Positions 16,902 through 24,255 of a stretch of 43,247 bases of DNA are shown here, one piece after another. Origin of the DNA: Planctomycetota bacterium. GTDB lineage: Bacteria; Planctomycetota; SZUA-567. How positions within the stretch are numbered: position 1 is the first letter of the stretch; each line of letters begins with the position of its first letter. Below the pieces are notes generated by a model, which had not been told where the DNA came from, did no database searches, and worked only from the letters and a program-made list of their open reading frames with translations. Location: NCBI GenBank assembly GCA_016936955.1, contig JAFGWW010000082.1, forward strand, positions 1 through 43,247, given 5' to 3'. The translations under genes and the position numbers were made by a program.

Positions 16902-17402
16902 TTATTTGATCTCCATGAACTTGTCTTTGCCCACGCCGCAGACGGAGCACTTGTCGGGGCAGTCGCCTTCAACCGTGTTGCCGCAGACGGAGCAGACATA
17001 GATGGCGGAAGCGGGGAGGTCGCTGCCGCCCTTCACGGTTTCGAGCGCCTTGGAGTAAAGGGTGTGGTGGATTTTCTCAACCTCGAGGGCATTCTTGATC
17101 GAGGTGACTGCAGGCTTGTTGCCCTCGGCCTCGGCTTCGGCGAGGAACTTGGGATACATAGTCTCGAACTCAAAGCCCTCACCCTCGATTGCGGCCTCGA
17201 GGTTCTCGGTCGTTCCGTTTATCCCGCCAACTACGCGGAAGTGGGCATGGGCGTGAACCGTCTCCGCCTCGGCGGCAGCGCGGAAAAGCTTGGCGACCTG
17301 GGCGTAACCATCCTTCTCGGCCTTCTTGGCGAAAGCAAGATACTTACGGTTTGCCTGACTCTCACCGGCGAAAGCCTCCATAAGGTTGTCGTTTGTTGCC
17401 AT
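16902..17402 (-). CDS. rbr: rubrerythrin
   Basis: I moved the start to ATG 17402 (MATNDNLMEAFAGESQANRKY) with GGAG upstream. It has a ferritin-like di-iron domain (AEAETVHAHAH, EVEKIHH) plus a C-terminal rubredoxin CSVCGN...CSVCG. Confidence 0.9.
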   Translation of the reverse strand: MATNDNLMEAFAGESQANRKYLAFAKKAEKDGYAQVAKLFRAAAEAETVHAHAHFRVVGGINGTTENLEAAIEGEGFEFETMYPKFLAEAEAEGNKPAVTSIKNALEVEKIHHTLYSKALETVKGGSDLPASAIYVCSVCGNTVEGDCPDKCSVCGVGKDKFMEIK

Positions 17403-17463
17403 CGTTAAAGTTCTCCTTTTTCTCAATTCAAAATATAACAGACTATTCAAGTCTCAATCAGTG

Positions 17464-17919
17464 TTATTCTTTCGCAAGGCATTCGTTGCACACACCGCGG
17501 ACATGGATGTGTACCGAATCAACGCGGCCAAGCTTTTTCGCGCTACGCGGGGCGGCGATCGTCTCCATCTCGTCGCAGTGGAAATCCTTGACGCATCCGC
17601 ATTCGGTGCAGAAAAAATGGGGATGGCGGCTCGTGTCCGCATCGTAACGCGCGCGGTTGCCAATTGCCTCGATCCTCGTCACCAGTCCGAACTCCTCGAA
17701 CATGGAGAGGGTACGGTAAATGGTATCTGTCGAGAGGTTGGGCATGGAGGCGTTGAGGCTCTCGCGCACCATCTCAACATCGGGATGCATCTTCGTCGAG
17801 GCGAGGGCGCGGTAGATCTCAACCCTCTGGGGCGTAACCTTCAGCCCCGACTCCCGGCAGACTTCGCGGAAGTGCTCGACCATCTTTTCGGTTCTTTCTA
17901 TGTTCTTCCCGATGACCAT
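17464..17919 (-). CDS. Fur-family metalloregulator, PerR-like by context
   Basis: 151 aa with the winged helix VTPQRVEIYRAL, the regulatory His cluster HPHFFCTECG and structural Zn CxxC pairs (CTEC, CNEC). It is immediately upstream of rubrerythrin, as in anaerobe perR-rbr operons. Confidence 0.8.
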   Translation of the reverse strand: MVIGKNIERTEKMVEHFREVCRESGLKVTPQRVEIYRALASTKMHPDVEMVRESLNASMPNLSTDTIYRTLSMFEEFGLVTRIEAIGNRARYDADTSRHPHFFCTECGCVKDFHCDEMETIAAPRSAKKLGRVDSVHIHVRGVCNECLAKE

Positions 17920-17957
17920 CCGCTGAATCCTTAATAGGAATAATTACTACTTAGGAT

Positions 17958-17985
17958 ATATTACTGATTGAGGCCGGATTGTCAA
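17958..17985 (-). promoter_or_regulatory. sigma70-like promoter of the PerR-like gene, with an AT-rich dyad downstream
   Basis: The minus strand has TTGACA (17985-17980), a 16-nt spacer and TAATAT (17963-17958). The near-palindrome AGTAATTATTCCT (17948-17936) lies between the -10 and the start codon, which is the position expected for an autoregulatory operator. Confidence 0.45.
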
Positions 17986-18036
17986 CCACCATCTGAAAAT
18001 ATTTTTTGCCACCGAATCCCGCAAGCCCATAAAGAA

Positions 18037-18060
18037 GGGAACGGCCCGGAAGCCGTCCCC
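18037..18060 (-). terminator. probable intrinsic terminator after the tlpA-like gene
   Basis: The minus strand reads GGGGACGGC-UUCCGG-GCCGUUCCC followed by UUCUUUAU. This is a 9-bp stem with one mismatch. Confidence 0.5.
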
Positions 18061-18094
18061 TGATACGCATTTTAATCGCCCTTGGGCTGCCGCC

Positions 18095-18631
18095 TTATTT
18101 CTTCTTGCTCTCCACCCCTTCGTTAAGGTCTTTGATAAACTTGTCCCGGTCTTTCGGTAAGACGTGGCCGAGGTAGGTAATCTCGCCCTTGCCGTTGACC
18201 CCGACGATGTAGGGGATACCGATCAGGCCGTAGGTGTAGGCCACCGCCCCGTCAACATCGAGGAGGACGCGGTAGTTCACCTCCTTGTCCTTGACAAACT
18301 TATCCACCACCTCCTTGCTCTGCCTTACGTTGACGCCGTAGACCAGAATATTCTTGTCCTTGCTCTCCTCCACGAATTTCTTGACCTCCGGTACCTCGGC
18401 CATGCATGAAGGGCACCATGTGGCGAAGAAGACCAGCACGGCTCCGCGTTTGCCATTCAGATTGCTGAGTTTGAGCGTTTTGCCATCATTGGTCTTCAGT
18501 TCAAAATCCGGAGCCTTCTCCCCAACCTGCGGGGCGGCGGCGTAAGCGGCGCTATAAGCCGAAAAGACAAGGGCCATGACAAAGGCGCCCAGTAATGTAA
18601 ATTTAACACTCTTCATGATATTTCTCTCCAA
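18095..18631 (-). CDS. TlpA/ResA-like periplasmic thiol:disulfide oxidoreductase
   Basis: 178 aa. Signal or anchor sequence MKSVKFTLLGAFVMALVFSAYSAAYA and thioredoxin-fold active site FFATWCPSCMAE. Confidence 0.85.
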   Translation of the reverse strand: MERNIMKSVKFTLLGAFVMALVFSAYSAAYAAAPQVGEKAPDFELKTNDGKTLKLSNLNGKRGAVLVFFATWCPSCMAEVPEVKKFVEESKDKNILVYGVNVRQSKEVVDKFVKDKEVNYRVLLDVDGAVAYTYGLIGIPYIVGVNGKGEITYLGHVLPKDRDKFIKDLNEGVESKKK

Positions 18632-18686
18632 AAGGCCCTCACCTTTTTCAGTTTATTGAATGCAAGCTTCGCGCCAGCCTTGCTTT

Positions 18687-19598
18687 TTACTGCAAAAATT
18701 CGTCTCCTCCATATGCGGAATCTTCAGATCCGCCTTCCGAAGTGGTGGCGGCTTCGCCTTTCATTATATTACTGTCACCATTCTGCCCCCCATCCTTCCC
18801 GACTGGCTCATTTTGTCCCGCAGATTCGACCCAGCTCTGGAATTTACCGATCGGGTCAAATGCTGTGGTATTGCCAATACGGAGTAGGAAGAGGCTCGCG
18901 CCAAGGATCACGATCAGGCCGAAGGCTTTTTTCATGGTAACCATCCACTGCCCCGCCTTGGGCAGTTTCGTCACCAACCCGGCGAAAATACCGGACAGCA
19001 GAATCAGGGAACCTTGGCCAAGTCCGAAGAGGAAGAGCTTTACCCCGCCCAGGAAAAGCTCAATAACATAATTGATGCCGGTTGCCTGATTAAGGGTGGA
19101 TATAACCGCGCCGCCCACGATCAGGAGAATGGGCCCTGTGCACGGCCCCACCACCAGCCCGCTTACCGCGCCGATTGAGAAAGCGCCGACAAGGCCTTTC
19201 CTGTTCTGCCCGCCCTGAAGTTTCTGGAGGAAAGACGGCACCGGCATGACAAACACATCAAGCAGGAACAACCCCATAAGCATGAAAAACATGGCGATGA
19301 TAAACTGGAGCAGGCCGTTACCGGCGAAAGCCCCGAACTGCATTCCGATGGCTGCAAAGATAACCCCCGCAATCGCATAAACCAGAGCCATGCCCAGAAC
19401 AAGGACAAAACTCAGCAGCGCGGCGCGGGATTGCTTTCCTTCGGCAGAGTGGCCGATATAGCCGATGGTGAGGGGCAGAACCGGATAGGTGCATGGCGTA
19501 AACCCCGCAACTACCCCGCCCAGAAAAATCAGCGGATAGACAAGAACAGAGCCTGAGGCTACCGACTCTTCCAATAGTGTTTTGAGTGCGTCTAGCAT
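18687..19598 (-). CDS. ccdA: cytochrome c biogenesis / DsbD-family membrane electron transporter (CcdA-like)
   Basis: I moved the start to ATG 19598 (MLDALKTLL...) with a GGAGGGGAG RBS. The polytopic membrane protein has GFTPCTYPVLPL and GPCTGPIL Cys motifs. It has an acidic, low-complexity ~60-aa C-terminal tail. Confidence 0.8.
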   Translation of the reverse strand: MLDALKTLLEESVASGSVLVYPLIFLGGVVAGFTPCTYPVLPLTIGYIGHSAEGKQSRAALLSFVLVLGMALVYAIAGVIFAAIGMQFGAFAGNGLLQFIIAMFFMLMGLFLLDVFVMPVPSFLQKLQGGQNRKGLVGAFSIGAVSGLVVGPCTGPILLIVGGAVISTLNQATGINYVIELFLGGVKLFLFGLGQGSLILLSGIFAGLVTKLPKAGQWMVTMKKAFGLIVILGASLFLLRIGNTTAFDPIGKFQSWVESAGQNEPVGKDGGQNGDSNIMKGEAATTSEGGSEDSAYGGDEFLQ

Positions 19599-20552
19599 TT
19601 TCTCCCCTCCCCCGCAAATGGTCTTACGAGAATTACATTGCCGTGAAACGATCAGACCTGACAGGAGCTGCCCCGCACCTATAATATAATGTAATGAACG
19701 GCAACCCATCCTTCGCTTCTGACAATATGATTCGCAACGCGGGGGTTATTTCATTGTTCGGTTTCATGGAGCAATGTCAAACACTACCGAAGTTAATGGT
19801 CATATTGCAAAATCAGTGCCAATAAAAAAGGCTCCCGCCCCAGTCGACTGACCGAGTGTAAACGGGAACCTGGGTGAGGGGTCTGTTTAAGATTTACAAC
19901 GTTAGGGTCACGCTGTCTGTTCAGGTCTCCTTTATTGTGCAGACAAACTGTTTCTGTGTCCGCTTCAACCTATAACACCAAATATAAAGCAACGCCCGTG
20001 CCAAAGATTCCAGGCCTTCGATCTAATTTTTTTCAATAGCCTCCCACTGTACAAACTGAAAGCACCGGCGGTGAATTAACAGGCTTATCTGCCGCATAAT
20101 CGTCATATATCCACCCTTCGCCCTGCCTCTGCCGGAAGGAAAAGCGATCTTTATTTGGCTGAAAAGTGGCTATCCATAATAGAAAAGCAGCAGGCACTGG
20201 CTCCATATCATCCTGTATCAAAACTCATTTATGAGACATCGCGCGCGCGCCATATTTCCGTAAGTAGTTTTTAAATATTAACTTGTGATATTACAATGTC
20301 ATCCCATCAAGAGACAGGATTATCTGTATCAAGGCTTACTTGCCTGTCTAACATGAACCGTATCGCAGTTCTAAGTATATCGCCTTTCGGATATTGCCAA
20401 TTCTCTCCCAAGCTGGTCGTGAACTTTGAATCAAAAAATATCGTGCAAATCGTGAAATGGCGTGGCGGTTGCATATTACTCTTCAGATCAGGCTGAAGCG
20501 GCTGATTATGTTCTGAATCTGATCACGAATCAGAGAAGTTACGGAGGGTGAA

Positions 20553-22655
20553 ATGAAACGGAATAAGGCTGATAGCATATCCCATGTGAATAGTCTGATA
20601 AATGCCAGCAGTCCATATCTGCTCCAGCATGCCCACAGCCCGATCAACTGGCGCGAGTGGGGCGTTGAAGCTTTTGAGAAAGCATGGACCCAGAACAAGC
20701 CGATTCTGCTCAGCCTGGGATATTCGGCTTCCCAGTGGTGCCGGCGCATGCAGGAAGAGACTTTTTCTTGCGAAGACATTGCAGCCGCAATTAATTGCAA
20801 TTTCATTGCAATCAAGGTCGACCGTGACGAACGGCCGGACGTGGATAATGTATACAGAAGCGCGGTCAGCAGGATGAACGGCAGCGCGGGCTGGCCATTG
20901 ACCGTTTTTCTGACACCGCAGCTCAAGCCCTTTTTCGGGGGCTCCTATTATTCGGCAAAGGGAAAGGAAGATGGTCAGGGCTTCAGAAGTATTCTTAATC
21001 GCGTAATAGAGATGTGGAATAACAACCGCGACGCAATCGAATCCGCCGCCTCGGCGGTTGTCGAGGAGATTAACGAGCAGAACGGGATCGAAGCTGTGGG
21101 CAAAAACCGCAAGATCGGAATCCGCATGCTTAACGCCGGGCGCAAGCTCGCCCGCACCAAGGCCGACAACGAGAACGGCGGCTTCGGCTCAGGCCCCAAG
21201 TTTCCCCATCCGGAAATTCTCCTCTTCCTGCTGGCTGAATATCGCAGAACCGGTGACAAGTCGGCTCTCAGGATGGTGGAGAAGAGCCTCCGGAAAATGC
21301 ACGAGAGCGCCCTCTTCGACCAACTCGCCGGAGGTTTTCACCGTTACGTGCAGGACGCCAAATGGCTCAGGCCCCACTTCGAGAAGATGCTGCCCGACAA
21401 CGCGATGCTGGCCCGCGTTTACGCCATGGCCTACAAGATAACCGGCAAGCGCGAATACGCCAATGTAGCCCGCCAGACCGTTGAGTTCATTATCCGTGAA
21501 CTCGCGAGCAAGGAAGGTGCCTTCTATTCATCCATCAGCGCCGGCGATGAGAACGACGAGGACGAAGCATACTACACCTGGAGCATGCAGGATCTCACCA
21601 GCGTGCTCGGCCATAAATCGGCCGAGGTTTTTGCCAAGGCTTACGGCGTAACCCACGCGGGAAATTACGTCGCGGGGCGGAGCGTTCTCTTCCAGGCGTG
21701 TGCAATAGATAAAATAGCCGGTGAGGAAGGGCTCTCCCTCACCGACTGCGAGATCGAACTCGTCCTCAGCCGCAATATATTGCTCAAGGAGAGGGAGAAG
21801 CGCGGCGCTCCCTTCGTGGATAAAAAAATCATAACAGCATGGAACGGCCTCGCCATCGGCGCCATAGCCTATGTCGGCTCGGTTCTCGACGACAACAAGT
21901 TCATCCTCGCCGCCCGCAACGCGGCCAACTGGATCCTTAACCACCACCGCAGGGAGAGAAAGCTCGCGCGCTACAGCATTGATGAGAAGAACATCGGAAG
22001 CGCCTTCCTCGAGGATTACGCCGCCCTGAGTAACGGTCTTCTCGACCTCTACTCCTCCACCCTGCGCGACTACTACATCTTCGCCGCCAACGATCTGGCC
22101 GAAGAGATGTATATGAAATTCATCGAGAACAACGGGGTGAGCCACTATACCGATCCGGAATCGCGCAGGATAATCGAGCTTCCGGCCCAGGCGGATATCA
22201 TCTCCGACAGCATCGTGCCGAGCCCGCTCGGAATGGCGATGGAAACTTTGGGCAGGCTCAAGGATATCCGTCAGGCCGAAGCTTTCAGCATTGCGGAAAA
22301 ACTGACCGAGAGCGCCATAGCCGAAGAGCTCGGCAAAGAGCCCGGGGCAAGCTTCTACTCACTGTACGTCGCGAGCTTCAACCAGACCAACCGCATCAAC
22401 ATCGTCCTCGTCGGCCCCGCCGAGGCAAAGGCCACGCGCGACCTAGCGAAAGAAGCGCGCAAAAATCTCGAGCCCGGCATGTCGCTCCTCTGGGCCTCCC
22501 CCGGAGAGGCGGGCAGGCTCATGCGCAAACTTTCGCCCCTGCTGCAGGACCGCTTCCTCGAAAACGGCAAGCCGACCCTGTATATGCTCAAAGGCAACCG
22601 CTCGCTGCCCCCGATCACCGAGGTGAATAGTCTCAAGGATGTGATGAAAAGGTAA
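20553..22655 (+). CDS. DUF255 thioredoxin-domain protein (YyaL/SPATA20-like) with an (alpha/alpha)6 C-terminal domain
   Basis: 700 aa with [47 protein letters not shown]. The GGAGGGTG RBS lies 5 nt upstream. Confidence 0.85.
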   Translation: MKRNKADSISHVNSLINASSPYLLQHAHSPINWREWGVEAFEKAWTQNKPILLSLGYSASQWCRRMQEETFSCEDIAAAINCNFIAIKVDRDERPDVDNVYRSAVSRMNGSAGWPLTVFLTPQLKPFFGGSYYSAKGKEDGQGFRSILNRVIEMWNNNRDAIESAASAVVEEINEQNGIEAVGKNRKIGIRMLNAGRKLARTKADNENGGFGSGPKFPHPEILLFLLAEYRRTGDKSALRMVEKSLRKMHESALFDQLAGGFHRYVQDAKWLRPHFEKMLPDNAMLARVYAMAYKITGKREYANVARQTVEFIIRELASKEGAFYSSISAGDENDEDEAYYTWSMQDLTSVLGHKSAEVFAKAYGVTHAGNYVAGRSVLFQACAIDKIAGEEGLSLTDCEIELVLSRNILLKEREKRGAPFVDKKIITAWNGLAIGAIAYVGSVLDDNKFILAARNAANWILNHHRRERKLARYSIDEKNIGSAFLEDYAALSNGLLDLYSSTLRDYYIFAANDLAEEMYMKFIENNGVSHYTDPESRRIIELPAQADIISDSIVPSPLGMAMETLGRLKDIRQAEAFSIAEKLTESAIAEELGKEPGASFYSLYVASFNQTNRINIVLVGPAEAKATRDLAKEARKNLEPGMSLLWASPGEAGRLMRKLSPLLQDRFLENGKPTLYMLKGNRSLPPITEVNSLKDVMKR

Positions 22656-22676
22656 ATAAACACCATCCCTCTTAAA

Positions 22677-22703
22677 GGCGTCTGCTCCGCAGGCGCCTTT
22701 TTT
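22677..22703 (+). terminator. intrinsic terminator after the DUF255 gene
   Basis: ggcgtctgc-tcc-gcaggcgcc (9 bp with one G-U) followed by tttttt. Confidence 0.7.
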
Positions 22704-22780
22704 GCATAATCATCTGCGCTCCGGCTTGATTGCAGGAAAACTCAGTATATACTATGTATTGACGGAGAAAGGAGAGGATT

Positions 22781-23008
22781 ATGCCAAAGACCCTTACAAA
22801 ACACGGCAACAGCTACGCCCTCGTGATTGACAAGCCAATTTTGGAGTTGCTGCATATAACCCCGGAAACACTGCTCGAGATGTCGACAAACGGGGACGCG
22901 CTGATGATCTCCCCAATCCGGGACAAGAAAAATCAGAAGAGGATCGACGCAACCCTGGCCAAGATTAACCGAGAATTCGCACCCGCCATAAAAAAACTAT
23001 CGGAGTGA
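22781..23008 (+). CDS. AbrB/MazE/SpoVT-family type II antitoxin, no cognate toxin adjacent
   Basis: 75 aa. MPKTLTKHGNSYALVIDKPILELLHITPETLLEMSTNGDALMISPI is the swapped-hairpin AbrB/MazE fold signature. RBS AAGGAGAGG upstream. Confidence 0.75.
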   Translation: MPKTLTKHGNSYALVIDKPILELLHITPETLLEMSTNGDALMISPIRDKKNQKRIDATLAKINREFAPAIKKLSE

Positions 23009-23046
23009 GTATGGAATGTGCAATCCGAATTTGCTATATGAAAAGT

Positions 23047-23132
23047 GTCATCCTGATCATGCGAAGGATCCCATTTATTGAGCATACCTTGGAGTAGTTA
23101 AGATAAAGATTCTTCACTGCGTTCAGAATGAC
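23047..23132. repeat. imperfect 24/25-nt inverted repeat (REP/MITE-like hairpin) between the antitoxin and the convergent CheD-receiver gene
   Basis: The left arm is GTCATCCTGATCATGCGAAGGATC (23047-23070). The reverse complement of the right arm (23108-23132) is GTCATTCTGAACGCAGTGAAGAATC. They share GTCAT.CTGA...GAAG.ATC, and the loop is 37 nt. Confidence 0.5.
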
Positions 23133-23167
23133 AAATGCAACGCCTTCTGTCAAATAACAGAGTAAAC

Positions 23168-24103
23168 CTAGTCTTTAATCACCATCTTCCGCACTGCTTT
23201 ACCGGCGGCGAATTTCAGTTTGGGGATGTAGGCGTGCTTGACCACGTCGAGGCCTTTATAAAGTTCGAGGGTATCTTTGTCCACCACGTCGACGGCACCG
23301 TATTTGCGCGCTCTCTCGGCCACGGCGGATTTGTCCTTGGCGATGGTGGAGCAGATCACCACCGGCTTGGGGTAGTGCTGCGAGAGGGACTTGAGGAATT
23401 TCAGGCCGTCAAGCTTGGGCATGATGATGTCGAGTGAGATGACGTCTGGCTCGGTTGCGAGGATCAGGTCGCGCGCCTCGAAAGCATCTTCCGCCTCGCC
23501 GCAGACCTCCATGCCGGGGGTGGCGTCCACGGCGCTGCGCAGGATTTTCCGAACCAGAGCCGAGTCGTCGACAATCAGCACGCGCGTGTCGCGCCCGGCG
23601 ATGTCGGCACGTTTCTGGGCGAGGCGCTCGACCTCGGCGCTCTTCTCGATAGTGCGGACTACGGTCTGCTTTTTACCGGTATCGAAATAGATGCGCCGGC
23701 CGCTGGTGCCGCCCACGTCCTCCTCAAGAATCGGTATCCCCTCCTGCTTGAGAATATCTCTGGCCACATTTATATTATTGGTGCCGATATCGCTCTGCTG
23801 GCTGAGGTGGCTTACCACTTTCGCCCCGCCGTAGATGCGGGCGCTGAGCACGCCGGGGGTCTCGTCGAGTTTTTTCATGAGCCAGATAATAGTGCGGATC
23901 GAGGTGTCGCCGTAGCGCCCCTTGTCTTTCTCCCCATCCCCATTGGGTGATCGCGAGAGAAGGTAATGGTTCATGGCGGCAAAATTTTTGTTTTTGTGGA
24001 ACAGGCAGACGGCGACGCAACTCCCGAGCAGCGTGGCGATCTGGCAGGGGGTGCGTGAAACGTGGTACTCGCCGGGTAATAGAAAAACCCTTTCGTTTTC
24101 CAT
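23168..24103 (-). CDS. CheD-like chemoreceptor glutamine deamidase fused to a CheB-type receiver domain
   Basis: 311 aa. Residues 1-155 are CheD-like (LLGSCVAVCLF with the catalytic Cys, AMNHYLL with the His, GGTSGRRIYFD). Residues 172-290 are a receiver resembling the CheB N-terminus (RVLIVDDSALVRKILRSAV, PDVISLDIIMPKLDGLKFL, PVVICST, VDVVDK). There is no methylesterase domain. Confidence 0.8.
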   Translation of the reverse strand: MENERVFLLPGEYHVSRTPCQIATLLGSCVAVCLFHKNKNFAAMNHYLLSRSPNGDGEKDKGRYGDTSIRTIIWLMKKLDETPGVLSARIYGGAKVVSHLSQQSDIGTNNINVARDILKQEGIPILEEDVGGTSGRRIYFDTGKKQTVVRTIEKSAEVERLAQKRADIAGRDTRVLIVDDSALVRKILRSAVDATPGMEVCGEAEDAFEARDLILATEPDVISLDIIMPKLDGLKFLKSLSQHYPKPVVICSTIAKDKSAVAERARKYGAVDVVDKDTLELYKGLDVVKHAYIPKLKFAAGKAVRKMVIKD

Positions 24104-24169
24104 AACATCCTCCTCGCGCCGAATGCCTGCCCGGCATTTTGCCGCCTGTGAAATGTCGCTACATCTTGC

Positions 24170-24198
24170 AACATAGACCCGGAAGGGAGGATTGTCAA
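24170..24198 (-). promoter_or_regulatory. sigma70-like promoter of the CheD-receiver gene
   Basis: The minus strand has TTGACA (24198-24193), a 17-nt spacer and TATGTT (24175-24170). RBS GAGGAGG lies before the ATG. Confidence 0.5.
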
Positions 24199-24227
24199 AT
24201 AAAAAGCCCCCGGCCAGACCGGGGGCT
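24196..24227 (-). terminator. intrinsic terminator after the PpiD-like gene
   Basis: The minus strand reads AGCCCCCGG-UCUGG-CCGGGGGCU followed by UUUUUAUUU. This is a perfect 9-bp GC-rich stem. Confidence 0.7.
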
Positions 24228-24255
24228 TTGGATAGCGGTTATTGACCAGCTTGAA

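Noticed and set aside
16632-17408. 258-aa plus-strand ORF spanning the AT-rich spacer and rubrerythrin
   Set aside because: Its C-terminal two-thirds is antisense to rubrerythrin. Its N-terminal part lies in AT-rich DNA with non-coding character.
20033-20496. 62-aa (-) and 66-aa (+) ORFs in the large gap as real small genes
   Set aside because: They have no RBS and no recognisable motif. Their composition is atypical of the coding regions here. They are kept only as part of the non-coding-gap finding.
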